This document shows, piece after piece, positions 11,913-25,078 of a stretch of 64,000 bases of DNA (its first letter is position 1; each line of letters opens with the position of its first letter). The notes beneath the pieces were generated by a model. That model was not told the origin of the DNA. It saw nothing but the letters and a program-made list of their open reading frames with translations, and made no database searches. Both the position numbers and the translations under genes were made by a program. Source of the stretch: Octopus sinensis (lineage: Eukaryota); NCBI RefSeq assembly GCF_006345805.1, contig NC_043006.1:2418001-2482000 (forward strand), in the 5' to 3' direction.

Positions 11913-12093
11913 ACTCACACACACACATACGATGGGATTCTTTCAGTTCTGTCGCTTAAATCTGCTCACAATGCTTTGGTTGGTCTGAAGCTATAGTAGA
12001 AAAAGCACTTGTCCAAAGTCTCACGCAATGGAACCAAACTCAGAACCATGTTGTTGGAAAACAAGCTTCTTGCCGCACAGTCACACCGGTGCC
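11843..12093 (-). mobile_element. SINE family A (head and CA tract) at the 5' breakpoint of the Gypsy element
   Basis: Reverse match to 34495-34790; supplies the spurious CVCVCV N-terminus of ORF 10742-11914. Confidence 0.8.
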
Positions 12094-12116
12094 TCTGTCT
12101 AAATATTTACCATATT

Positions 12117-12830
12117 TATGTTTGTTCAATCATTGAAAGTTTAGCTTGAATTCTTCCCAAGTCATAAACATTGAATGCCTTAAATGATTAAATGATAACT
12201 TATTCAATTTGTTTCCAGTTAGGTGGCTTTATTTATGTTACTAATTTGTAATAATTTGAAAGTTTTGTCAAATCCATATTATCTTAGATTTCGTATAATT
12301 TATTTATTTTATGTTATTCTGTAATATTTTTTTTTAATAAGGAATTTATACAATTGATTTATTTTCTATAATTAAATATACATTTAATAGATATCAATTT
12401 GTGCTGGTCTATTCCCTTAACACATGATTTGTTAAGAAGTACATTGTTCGGCTGTTTTACATTCAGTTCATTCTTGGTGTGTTTTCCTATTTGGAATGTG
12501 TTAAAGAATGCAAAGCTGCCTATCATTTGGCTTATCTTTTACTTGCTTCAGTCATTAGACTTCGGCTACGCTGGGACAACACTTAGCTGGGTGAATACTT
12601 ACCATAATTATTATGTTTGTTCAATAGCTACAAGTTTAGTTTGAAATGTTCCCATGTCATAAGCATTGAATGCCTTAAGTGATTAAATGATAACTTATTC
12701 AATTTGTTCCCAGTTTGGTTGTTTTATTTATGCTATTAATTTGTAATAATTTGAAAGTTTTTCTCTTATCTGTATTTCATATTTCATATAATTTATTTAT
12801 TACCTTCTTGTCCGTACAATACACATTTGA
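12117..12830. repeat. Diverged direct repeat, ~220 bp units at ~12117 and ~12611
   Basis: Shared 'cattgaatgccttaa.tgattaaatgataacttattcaatttgtt..cagtt..ctaatttgtaataatttgaaagtttt'. Confidence 0.8.
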
Positions 12831-13019
12831 TACTTCTAAGATCAAGACAAAAAGTTTGTTTATATATGTTGTTATCGTTTATATTTTACTTGTTTCAGTC
12901 ATTTGACTATGGCCATGCTACAGCACTGTCTTAAAGGATTCTTATAGTTGAATGAATTGACTCCATTATGTATTTATATATTTATTATTAATTAATTAAT
13001 TTATTTATTATTTAACATA

Positions 13020-13405
13020 CCAGTGTCATGTAAAAATTACCTTTCAAGCATTGGGCCTCATGGAAGCAATTGTGGCCAACACCAGTGGCACGTAAAAAGC
13101 ACCTTTTGAGCACTGGGCCACAGAGAGGCAATGACAAATGACCAAGACCTTTGGCAATATGCTATGCTCAAGAAGAAGACCCATCAAGCCAAGTGAAATC
13201 ATAGTCGTGGCAGATATTGGTGTCACGCAACTGGCACCCATGCTGGTGGCACGTAAAAGCACCTATTACACTCTCGGAGTGGCAGGAAAGGCATCCAACC
13301 ATAGAAACCATGCCAGATCACACTGGAGTCTGGTGCAGCCCATCAGCTTACTAGCCCTGGTCAAACTATCCAACCCATGCAACATGTTAAATGATGATGA
13401 TGATT
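13020..13405 (+). mobile_element. RTE LINE 3' end/tail, degraded
   Basis: 'gtggcacgtaaaagcacc..aagg(g)catcca..tccaacccatgc..(GAT)n'. Confidence 0.8.
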
Positions 13406-14082
13406 ATCAGTGGTTCAATAAATTTCACTCAATACATTTAGTTCGCTAGTTCTACTTTTTTCTATAATATTACAGGTAGCAATGTCCGTTTGAGAGATAT
13501 TTCTTTGATTTATAGATACTAATTTTTAATTTTTCATATTGTAGCTATATGTTAACATGTTTTTTTTTTAATATTTAATGTTGGCATTTGTAATAATAAG
13601 CAGGTATAGACACAATAGACACATTATGCTAATGTTTCACTCCGGCTTCTTGCCTATTGATTCCTGGGCAGCATTTATGGTTTCGGTGCTACAGACACTG
13701 GCAGATTCAGCAGTCCTGCTTAATTAGGTGTCAAAATCATGGTGGTGTCTGTGAGGCAGCTGATGTTCAGAATATAGGTTCAATATGCTTGTTGTCTGTG
13801 AACCTTTTATATTTTGAGGTCTTGGTCTTCTGAGTTGTCCTTCGTTCTCACCATGTTAATCTTGTTAAAGAGTTTGGGGTTTATGGGGATTTTGTTGTGT
13901 AATGGAAAGATCACATGAAACTCTGAGTAACAGTTTGTGAAGACTTTAATAAGTCATAAATTACTCTACCTTTGGTATTCAAGAACTATTTTCTTAGCAC
14001 ATTGTTTTGCATCCATCTGCTTATTTGTGTGCATGTGAGTGCATGCACATGCATATGTGTGTGTGTGTGTGTGTAATAATAG

Positions 14083-14407
14083 TGAAGTCATGTGGCTTAG
14101 TGGTTAGGGGCATTCGGCTCATGATTGTAAGGTTGTGAGTTCAATTCCCGGCAGCGCGTTGTGTCCTTGAGCAAGACACTCTATTTCACGTTGCCCCAGG
14201 TACCTCAGCTGACAAAAATGAGTAGTACCTGTATTTCAAAGAACCAGCCTTGTCACACACTGTTTCACACTGAATCTCCCCGAGAACTACGTTAAGGGCA
14301 CGCATGTCTGTGGAGTGCTCAGCCACTGGCTTGTTAATTTCACAAGCAGGCTGTTCTGTTGATCATATCAGCTGGGACCCTTGTCGTCACAACCAACGGA
14401 GTGCTCG
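14083..14407 (+). mobile_element. tRNA-derived CORE-type SINE
   Basis: A box TGGCTTAGTGG (~14094), B box GAGTTCAATTCC (~14137), CORE-like 'gtgtccttgagcaagacact'. Confidence 0.85.
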
Positions 14408-15044
14408 ATGTAATAATAGCAATAATCCATGGATAGAAGTTATACATTCCATCCAAGGATTATTGTTATTATTACAATATTTATCCAACATTATATTGGT
14501 AAAGCTCAATGCCACCTCAAAATGCTGGTTCACCAGTCAGCATCATGAGACTGTGTCTGGCAAAATGGAATAGGAGCTTTATTTGCAGATTCAAAATGTT
14601 TCCTGGAAACAAATTTAAAAGATACATGTGTCTGTATGTATACATATTGGTGCCACATAAAAAAACACCCACCACACTCTGTAATGTGGTTGACATTAGA
14701 AAGGGCATCGATTTGTAGCAGCCATACCAAAATAGACTAAGGAAAATTGTGTGGCTCCCTGGCCATGCCAGTTCCTGTCAAGCCATCTAACCAATGCCAG
14801 CACAGAAAACAGAGGTTAAATGATGATGATGATGATCATCATGACCAGGATTATGATGACAATGATATACTGATGATGCTGACGATGATGATGATGATGA
14901 TGATAATAGGCTTATTTCAGTTTGTCTTCCAAATCTGCTCACAATGCTCTGGGGCCCAGAGCTAGAGGCACTTGCCCAATATGCTATGCAGCAGGACTAA
15001 ACCTGGAGCCATGTAATTGAGAAGTGGACTTCTTACCAAACAGA

Positions 15045-15310
15045 TATTAATTAATTAATGACATGAGAAAAGGCATTATATAACCAAGTTCATTAGCTTA
15101 TAGCTGTTCTATAAGGAGCACTGCACTAAAAGCTGAGTGTTTGTGCAAAATTTGATTCGAATGGTTCTGAAGAAGCTATAAGATGTTGAGTGTATTGCTC
15201 CTTATAGCAGAAACAACTGTAGGCTAATGAAACTGATTATGTAATTCATGTTCTCCTGTGATTCATTAATATCATACTTCGTGCGCACTTAACACTTTAC
15301 TCTAAAAGTA
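15045..15310 (+). mobile_element. Penelope-like inverted pLTR with hammerhead motif
   Basis: 15045-15120 is an inverted partial copy of 15196-15272; CTGAAGA(15167)-a-GCTATAAG...CTTATAGC-a-GAAA(15210)-CAACTG-TA. Confidence 0.7.
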
Positions 15311-15404
15311 CAAGTATTGCTGTGCCTAAGCAAAATCTTGTGCATGTTTGTGTGTGTGTGTGTGTATGTGTGTGTGCGTGTGTGCGTGTGTGCGTGTCTG
15401 TGTG

Positions 15405-15539
<135 letters not shown>

Positions 15540-15606
15540 TTACACACAAACACAGACACACACACATATATATATATGTACATATATATATAATATATAT
15601 ATACAT

Positions 15607-15643
<37 letters not shown>

Positions 15644-15993
15644 CACACATGAATATATTTGTAAACACACACACACACACACATATATACACACACAGAC
15701 ACATGCATACACACATATATTAACATCATGTAAATATGTGTATGAGCCTACATATGTGTATGTGAGTGTATGTATTTGTGTATGTGTTTGCATATCTGTG
15801 TGTGTGCATAAGGAGAGGAAGCAGCCAGGAACGAAGGCGGAAGGGAAGGGCGGGGAAGGAGAGGCTTGAGAAATCTGACAGATTTATAAGGAACCGTATC
15901 ATTAGGAACATTCTTCTTCCTTCTATAAAACAAGGGGTCAACAACATTTTCTAGATGTTTTTAGGAAATACAACTATTGCGCTTATACATCCT

Positions 15994-16025
<32 letters not shown>

Positions 16026-16817
16026 TCTTTCTCACTCTCACTCTCTCTCTCTCTCTCTCTTCCCCCTTCTTTCCCCCCTCTCTTGCTTTCTCTCACTTTC
16101 TCATATTGATATTCAGTGATGGTGATAGTGAAGCTAGGATTTAATGGACTTGACTAAGCTTTCAACACACACACACACACACACGCACAGACTAACATGC
16201 ACACACAAACACAAAATACAAAACAGTAACCCCCCCCCCCCGCCACAGTTAAACAGAAATATATCTGTCACTCTCTCTTTATGTGTGTGTGTGTGTGTGT
16301 GTGCATGTGTGTGTGTTCATGTGTTTCTGTGTGTGAGAGAAAGTGTGTGCATGTATCTGTGTGAGTTTAGGGGAATCTGCATATGTATATGTGTGAAAAG
16401 CATTGTTTTTAGCTGGCGTTTTTTTAAACTTTTATTTATGTATTTATTTATTCATTTATTTTGGTAATTTCTGGATTCCAGTATCTTAATGGGTCTACTT
16501 TCAGTTTTGGAGAGAATACTTCCTCTTCCTCTCCTTCTTCTCCCTCCTCTTCTTCTCATCATTGTTGTTATCATTCTTCTTCATTTGCGTTCGTCTCCAT
16601 CTGAAAAACATGTAACTTTGCTTTACGTCTTCTTAACTTACCAGTTTCAGCCACCCCCACCCCATCACTGAAAAAAAAAACAACAATAAAATAGGTATAC
16701 CAGTCTTAAAATAAATACTATTGACAATTTTATTGACCAAACCCTTTATTCCAAGGACTGAATCGAATAAAAGAAGATAGGAATAAAAGAATGAAACAAA
16801 ATTCTTGTCTTTCTCAG

Positions 16818-16901
16818 GATTCTATCTTCTGGTTCTTCATCCCTAGAAACTGTTTTGTCTATCACCAGCTGTTCAGCTGCATCAATTCAGTATGGACCAA
16901 G
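16818..16901 (+). other. Candidate 84-nt exon
   Basis: Acceptor ttcttgtctttctcag|, donor AAG|gtaacc; two open frames; non-repetitive CpG-retaining context; no recognisable protein. Confidence 0.3.
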
Positions 16902-17103
16902 GTAACCTCATTCAGTTATCTGTGCCATCTCTCAAGATTAGAAGAACCCAAAAAGGTTTTGTAAACGTTTCTTCTTCCTCAACAAAGGAAATGAAATCTC
17001 CTACAAACACACGAAGCCATCGATGGTCAAAGTAACGATTCTCTTGTAAACTGATGTACATTCGCTGTGAGAGAAATCTTTCTTCGTGACACGTGTCCTG
17101 CAG

Positions 17104-17105
<2 letters not shown>

Positions 17106-17144
<39 letters not shown>

Positions 17145-17365
17145 TGTGTACAGTGCTCAGGTGCACTACAACTCATCTAAAGTGTATATATAATCAGGTG
17201 TAGTTTCGGCGGATTTCGGAAAGCATGAGGGCCTTAAAGGATGCAGTGTCATGGCAGTCAACAACTGATGCAGGCAGTTTATTCCATGCTTCAGTAACTC
17301 TGAGCGTGAAAAAATGTTTCTGAAAGTCATGGGAGCTGTGTTTTTTTCTGACTTTGTAGGCATTT
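17106..17365 (-). mobile_element. CR1/L2-clade LINE 3' end with (ATT)n tail
   Basis: Minus translation KHFFTLRVTEAWNKLPASVVDCHDTASFKALML, the typical CR1 C-terminus. Confidence 0.85.
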
Positions 17366-17429
17366 AAAATACAGGAGCTTGTTAGAAATACGTGTACATT
17401 GTCAAGCTAAGTGAATCCTAGTCATTGGT

Positions 17430-17845
17430 AGTGCCAGTGACATACTAAAGGTACCTGTGCCAGTGACCTGTAAAAGTCATCCATGCCAGTGACACATGAA
17501 AGGCACCCATGCCTGTGACATATCACCAGCACCTCTGCTGGTGACACATAAAAGGCACTTGTGCCAGTGATAGATAAAAGGTATCAGTGCTAGTAACATA
17601 TAAGAGACACCTGTGCTGGTGACATGTGTGGGGCACCCGTGCTGGTGACATATTTAAGGCACCTGTACCAGTGACATGTAAAAAACATCCAGTTCACTTT
17701 GTAAAGTGGTTGGCATTTGGAAGGGCATCCATCTGTGGAAACTAAAAACCAAAACAGATGATGAGCCTGGTGTAGCTCTCTGGCTTACCAGCTCTAGTCA
17801 AACCATCTAACCCATGCCATCATGGAGAACAGACGTTAAATGCTG
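17430..17845 (+). mobile_element. RTE tail with ~9 degenerate ~29-bp repeats
   Basis: 'gtgccagtgacacatRaaaggcacct' units followed by the RTE tail motif. Confidence 0.75.
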
Positions 17846-18851
17846 CTGCTGCTGCTGCTGTTGTTGTTGTTAAGCAACAAGACGGGTAAGGGTGATTAGG
17901 TGATGGTCTAGGGCTTAGGGGCGGGTGACCCCAGACCTTGGGAAAAAAAAAAAAAACTTTGGTCGTCTTGTCGAGGGCTCTTCGTTGACACCCGACCCCA
18001 CTGGGAGGTGGCCCTCGAAGTCGCTGGAAATGGAGATCTCCAGGTTTAAATTCTTGAACAGCTTCTGCTGCTGCTGATGATGATGACGATGATGATAATG
18101 ATGAAGATGATGATGATAATGATGATGATGATGATGATGACTGTTATCTTGACAATTTGCTTCATGCCAGTATGGAAAGCATACGTTGAAATGATGATAA
18201 AGATGATGGTGACGATGATGATGATGATGTGGATGATGAGGAGGATGTCAATGATGAGCATTGTTTTAAGTCAATCATGCACTATCTTACAGATTTGGGG
18301 TTTTTATGAGGTAACTGCTAATTTTTAGTTGGTGTGAGGGGCCAGAGCTGGCCAGTTTGACCATAAAACAGGTAGAATATTTTGACCAGATCTGGTCAGT
18401 TGAAATACTAAAAAGTTAAAACAACATTTCGACTAATATTCAGTGTTTAGTTTTTGACACCACACCTAAACAAGAGCCTCGTAGTTGTTTCATGACCATC
18501 CACAAAGAGCACCTAACCCCCCCCCTCATATAGCATCTCTACTGTCTAGAAGAAAGGATGGACACAATGGACAATGTGAGTCTGATATAAGTGAATAAAA
18601 GACTGGCTTCAACCTCTTTGATCAGAAGTTTGTTTCAGAAGCATTGACCTAGACCGAAATAACAACATGCCTCAGGTTGTATTGCACATCCACAGGACTG
18701 AGAAATATGCTTTACATAATAACACTTGTGATGAAGAAGGGAAATATTTGTTAGGAAATGGCTGTTCTTATACTCTCTCTCTCTCTCTCTCTTTGTACTT
18801 CCTCTTAACTCATGGGAACATCCACTTAATGACCTAGATGACCTTAATGAC

Positions 18852-19045
18852 CACACACACACATACATGCACACATGAATACATACATATATATAAATAC
18901 ATACATATACATGCATACATACATACATACATACACACATACATACATATACATACATACATATATATAAATAGATACATACATATACATGCATATATAC
19001 ATGCATACATACATACATACATACATACATACATACATACATACA

Positions 19046-19079
<34 letters not shown>

Positions 19080-19081
19080 CA
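18852..19081. repeat. (CATA)n microsatellite
   Basis: Direct reading. Confidence 0.95.
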
Positions 19082-19294
19082 TTGGTGGCATCCTTTTGTC
19101 TCGGGAGACAATGGAGTTGCGCATAAACTAATCCAGTCTGGTTTTTACATTTCATGTCCTCTCCAGTTTCCTCTCCAGTTTTGCGCAGGCCTGGGCTAGA
19201 TGTAAGAAAATCCTGGGTAGCCCAATCGTCAGGATTCCTCTCTCGACCTTGCTGATGTAGTCCAAAGGAGTGCAGAGCATTACGTTTGGCACCA
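19082..19294 (-). mobile_element. SINE/LINE fragment with RTE(BovB)-like tail
   Basis: Minus-strand end 'gcgcaactccattgtctcccgagacaaaaggatgccacca' running into (TATG)n. Confidence 0.55.
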
Positions 19295-19322
19295 TATATA
19301 TTTGTATTTATGTACTATCTTG

Positions 19323-19391
19323 TGGATATTCCACTGATGAGGCAAAGCATTTCTTATGCAAAGCTAGAAATCCAGGATCTGGAATTATCCA
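19323..19391 (+). ncRNA. Type I hammerhead ribozyme motif within a ~230 bp pLTR-like repeat (19295-19530)
   Basis: Stem I tggatattcca/tggaattatcca; CTGATGA(19334); stem II GGC..gcat-ttctt-atgc..GCT; GAAA(19367); stem III ATCC-a-GGAT; AUC triplet; near-identical copy at 52365-52593. Confidence 0.8.
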
Positions 19392-19802
19392 ATAATTCTT
19401 TGCTAGTTTATTTTGTCTCTTTGCCTTCTCTCCTGGTGCTGTATGAACATTTAATGTGATTTTAGAGTCAAATTTTGGCTGCTATATCTAGCATGGTGGT
19501 ATCTTTTAGATACCCTTAATTATAATACATACATATATATATATATCACCTTCGAAACGTAGAGTAGATGAAACCATGGCGACTGAAAAAGGGTTTTTTT
19601 CTTTGTGTATTTGTCCTGTACTCTATTTTTTTTTGTTTAAAAAAAATGTCCATTTCCTTGGGTTGTGTCTATGTTTTCGTTTCTCATTGTGTTCGACGTT
19701 TTTTGGTTGTCCTGTACTCATATATGCGTGTATATATATATGTAGAGGTTGGTACGTACATATATGTATATATATATATGCATATGTTTTATTTATTAAT
19801 AT

Positions 19803-22800
19803 ATCATCATCATCATCATCATCGTTTAGCGTCCGTTTTCCATGCTAGCATGGGTTGGACGGTTCTACTGGGGTCTGTGAAGCCAGAAGGCTTCATCAGG
19901 CCCAGTCAAATCTGGCAGTGTTTCTACGGCTGGATGCCCTTCCTAACGCCAACCACTCCGTGAGCGTAGTGGGTGCTTTTTACGTGCCACCCGCACTGGT
20001 GCCAGACAGAGCTGGCAAACGGCCATGAATGGATGGTGCTTTTTATGTGCCACCGGCACGAGGGCCAGGCGAGGCTGGCAATGGACATGAAACGGGGCGG
20101 TGCTGGCAACGGTCGCGAAACGGAAAGTTCTCTTACATGCCACCGGCACTGGTAACACATCTGCAATTTCCATTGATCGATTTCCATTGATCGATTTCGA
20201 TTCTGATCCTCACTTGCCTCAACGGGTCTTCACAAGCAGAGTTTTGACATGCCACCGGCACTGGTAGCACATCCGCAATTTCCATTGATCGATTTCGATT
20301 CTGATCCTCACTTGCCTCAACACCTTCACAAGTAGAGTTTTGTGTCCCAAGAAGGGAAGGTATGCATACGTAGGCTGGCTCCATCCCATGTAGAAGGCCA
20401 CGGGTTATGGACTCACTTGTCCTGCCGGGTCTTCTCACGCACAGCACACTTCCAGAGGTCTCGGTCTCTAGTCATTTCCTCAGTGAGACCTAAAGTTCGA
20501 AGGTCGTGCTTCACCACCTCGTCCCAGGTTTTCCTGGGTCTGCCTCTTCCACAGGTTCCCTCAACCGCTAGGGTGTGGCACTTTTTCACACAACTATCTT
20601 CATCCATTCTCGCCACATGACCATACCAGCGCAAACGTCTCTCTTGCACACCACAACTGATGCTTCTTAGGTCCAGCTTTTCTCTCAAGGTACTTACACT
20701 CTGCCGAGTGTGAGTACCGGCATTACACATCCATCGGAGCATACTGGCTTCATTTCTAGCGAGCTTACGCATATCCTCAGCAGTCACGGCCCATGTTTCA
20801 CTGCCATGTAGCATGGCTGTTCGTACACACGCATCATACAGTCTGCCTTTCACTCTGTGCGAGAGGCCTTTTGTCACCAGCAGAGGTAAGAGCTCTCTGA
20901 ACTTTGCCCAAGCTATTCTTACTCTAGCAGTTACACTTTCAGCACACCCGCCCCCGCTGCTGACTTGGTCACCTAGGTAACGGAAACTATCAAATTTCTA
21001 GTTTTTCTCCCTGGAAAGTGACGGAAGTTGGTCTCAGAGCATTTTCAGTGTTTATTGTTCCTGAGCATCTGCCACATACAAAAACCATCTTCCTAGTTAG
21101 CCTTCCTTTGACATTGCTGCATCTCTTATGTGTCCATAGCTAACACTTGGTGCATCTTATAGAGTTTCTACCTACACCTTTTCTACAGATCAGCAGGGCC
21201 ATCTACCTGAAGGTGTTTGTGATTTGTCTACCTTCCTACTGATTACGACTTTGGTTTTAGCTAGATTGACTCTGAGGCCCTTCGATTCTAATCCTTGTTT
21301 CCACACCTGAAACTTCTCCTCCAGTTCTGATAGCGACTCAGCAATTAGAGCAAGGTCATCAGCATAGAGGAGCTCCCAAGGGCATCCTGTCTTGAATTCC
21401 TCCGTTATTGCCTGGAGGACTATGATAAATAGGAGGGGGCTGAGTACTGAGCCTTGGTGGACTCCTACCTCTACCCGGAATTCTTCACTGTACACATTTC
21501 CAACCCTCACCCTACTAGCGGCGTCCCTATACATGGCCCGCACAGCTCTCACTAACCATTCATCTATCCCTAGTTTCCTCATTGCCCACCAGATAAGGGA
21601 TCGGGGGACCCTGTCGAAGGCTTTCTCCATGTCAACAAAAGCCAGGTACAGGGGCTATCTTTGGCTAGGTATTTCTCCTGCAGCTGCCTTACCAGGAATA
21701 TAGCATCAGTAGTACTTTTCCCTGGCACAAACCCAAACTGCATCTCATCTAAACTAACTCTCTCTCTAATTAGTTGGGCTATGACCCTCTCCGTAACCTT
21801 CATCACCTGGTCCAACAGCTTGATACCTCTGTAGTTATTTGTATCTAGGGCATCACCTTTACCTTTGTAGCAGTTGACTATTATACTGCTACACCAGTCA
21901 TTGGGTATGACCCCTTTGTGTATCACCTGATTAACTATACGGGTGACTAGGCTATAGCCGACACTACCAGACATTTTGAGCATCTCTGCAGTGATTCCTG
22001 ATGGGCCTGGGGCTTTCCCTGTCTTCATGCTTCTAATTGCCTTAGCTACCACGGACTATCAACTCGGATAGCTGGTCCCTCTGTTGGGTCAACATTCGGC
22101 AGACTCTCTTTATCCCATTCATTTTCTTCATTCAGCAACCTTTCATAGTGGCATCTCCAAACCTCTCTCTTGCATCCTCATTTAGCGCAAGTGAACCATC
22201 TTCCATGCGAACACACTTCTCTCCTACCACATCACGATTCTCTCTAACACACTGTCTTGCAACACGAAACACCTCCAGTCTTGGTCCTCACGGCGCAGAA
22301 CATTGGCAAATTTTTTCTTATCTGCTTCCCCTCTGGCTAAATAAACCTGTCTCCTAGCTTTCTTTTGGCAGTCTGATACAATCCCCTGCTACCCCCATTT
22401 TTCCAGACCTTCCAAGCCTGTCTCTTCTCTAATAGCCCTGTCTACAATATTGTTCCACCACCACGTTATTCTAGGTCGAGAGGGGACTTGCACCAGCCAC
22501 AGATCTGGTCAGTGGCTCTCAGCAGGTTGTCCCTTAGAAACGTCCAGCTGTCTTCTACCCCCTGTGATGCTCTATCCCCTTCTACTTCGTCAGAGGCTTC
22601 AAGTAATATGTCCCTAAATCTCTGTCCATTTGCAGGATCTTTAAGCTTCCAGATCCTTCTTCTCCATATTTGTCGTCTTCTGGTTGTCCTCCTAGTCCTG
22701 ATCCTAAAGTCACTAACTACCAGTCTATGTTGTGGGGTACATTCTTCACCATGGAAGGTTTTGGCATTTATAAGCAGCCATCTCTCCCTTTGCCTTGTAA

Positions 22801-23204
22801 GGATGTAGTCAATTTGGCTGGTATGTTGGCCCGATTGGTAAGTGACTAGGTGGCTGGTAGGTTTCCTGAAGTTAGTGTTGCAAATCATAAGATTATTTGC
22901 ATCGCAGAACTCCAGCAGCCTGGTTCCCTCCTCGTTGCAGAAGCCATAGCCATAGCCTCCATGTACGCCATGGAAGCCCCCAGCATGTCGTCCAACGTGA
23001 CCATTGAAGTCACCAGCCACAAAGATAAGGTCTCTGTCGTTCGTCAACGAGGTAGTCTGCAGTAGAGTGTCATAGAATCGGTCTTTCTGTCCATCGGGTA
23101 GCCCCGACTGAGGAGCATAGGCTGATATAATGGTTGCTAAACTATGATGAAGCACTAATCTAATCTTAAGTATTCTGTCACATACTCTGATTACCTCAAT
23201 TACT
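19803..23204 (-). mobile_element. RTE-clade LINE, 5' truncated, frameshifted ORF2 (APE - RT - PHD-like insert - C-term) plus 3' UTR
   Basis: APE: AYAPQ, AGDFNGHVG, SQIDYIL, QHRLV; RT: KAPGPSGI, NYRGIKLL, QFGFVPGKST, KAFDRV, GVHQGSVLSPLLF, LYADD; C-term RRLRWYGHVARM, RGRPRKTW; (GAT)n tail. Confidence 0.96.
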
Positions 23205-23209
23205 TTATC

Positions 23210-23268
<59 letters not shown>

Positions 23269-23442
23269 CCATATACATATATATATACATATATATACAT
23301 ATATTCATACATATATATACATACATATACGTATATATATATATACATACATACACATATACACATACATATATACATACACACATATATACATACATAT
23401 ATACATACAACATAATACATACATAAATATATACATACATAC

Positions 23443-23478
<36 letters not shown>

Positions 23479-23496
23479 ATATGATTATATATAATC

Positions 23497-24708
23497 AAAT
23501 CAAATCAAATCAAATCAAATCAAACCAAATCAAAATAGATGAACATCAATGGAATTGTATCTTTGTGGTACCAGTACTGGTGGCACACAAGAAAACCATC
23601 CGAACGTGGCCATAGCCAGTACCGCATCGACTGGCCTCTGTGATGTGGGCACATAACAAACACCATCCGATTGTGGCCGTTCGCCAGCCTCATCTGGCAC
23701 CTGTGTCGGTGGCACATAAAAACACCAACCGAAGACCCGGCAAGACTAGTCAGGCCATAACCCGTGGCCCCTACTTGGGACGTAGTCAGTCCACCTGTGC
23801 ATACCTTCCTTCCTTGTTGTGACACTTGTGAAGACCTGTAAAGACCTGTTGAGGCAAGTGAAAATCAAATCAAATCAAATCAAAATAGATGAACATCAAT
23901 GGAACTTGTATCTTTGTGGTACCAGTGCCGGTGGCACACAAGAAAACCATCCGAACGTGGCCTTAGCCAGTACCGCATCGACTGGCCTCTGTGCTGTGGG
24001 CACGTAAGAAACACCATCCGATCGTGGCTGTTCGCCAGCCTCATCTGGCACCTGTGTCGGTGGCACATAAAAACACCATCCGAAGACCCGGCAAGACTAG
24101 CAGGCCATAACCCGTGGGCCCTACCTGGGACGTAGTCAGTCCACCTGTGCATACCTTCCTTCTTGTGACACTTGTGAAGACCTGCTGAGGCAAGTGAAAA
24201 TCAAATCAAAACAAATCAAAATAGATGAACATCAATGGAATTGTATCTTTGTGGTACCAGTGCCGGTGGCACACAAGAAAAAATCATCCGAACGTGGCCG
24301 TAGCCAGTACCGCATAGACTGGCCTCCGTGCTTTGGGGACGTAAAAACACCATCCGATCGTGGCCGTCCGCCAGCCTCATCTGGCACCTGTGTCGGTGGC
24401 ACATAAAAACACCATCCAAGCGTGGCCGTCTGCCAGCCTCGTCTGGCACCTGTGTCGGTGGCACATAAAAACACCATCCGAGCGTGGCCGTTCGCCAGCC
24501 TCGTCTGGCACCTGTGTCGGTGGCACATAAAATCACCCACTACACTCTCGGAGTGGTTGGCGTTAGGAAGGGCATCCAGCTGTAGAAACACTGCCAGATC
24601 TGACTGGCCTGGTGCAGCCTTCGGGCTCCCCAGACCCCAGTTGAACCGTCCAACCCATGCTAGCATGGAAAACGGACGCTAAATGATGATGATGATGATG
24701 ATGATGAT
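23497..24708 (+). mobile_element. Tandem trimer of an RTE 3' end/UTR with (AAATC)n junctions and 60-bp internal repeats
   Basis: 'aaatcaaaatagatgaacatcaatggaa' at ~23527, 23877, 24213; ends in the (GAT)n tail. Confidence 0.9.
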
Positions 24709-25078
24709 ATATATATATATGTGTATGTATATGTATATGTATATGTATAAATATATATAATATATATATATAATATATATATATATAATATATATACACA
24801 CATATACATATACATACATAATATAAACACATGTTTACATGTCTACTTTGATGTGTGCATGTTGTAGCTTCACTGTAGTTTTTACATTACACACACACAC
24901 ACACACACACACCATTTTGCTGAACCTGGATATTCTTGAAAAACTGTTGGTCAGAGTTTCACATACACGCGACTGAGTATCAGCCAAATGAGGATTGTTT
25001 GGAACCAAAGAATGGTTTGTAAATGTTTATGAAGGGTGCAATGAAAATTCTTTAGCAACTCATCGAATAAATATTTAA

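Noticed and set aside
10742-11914. 390-aa ORF as a host gene
   Set aside because: Gypsy integrase with a mutated catalytic Asp; its N-terminus is read from a SINE (CA)n tract
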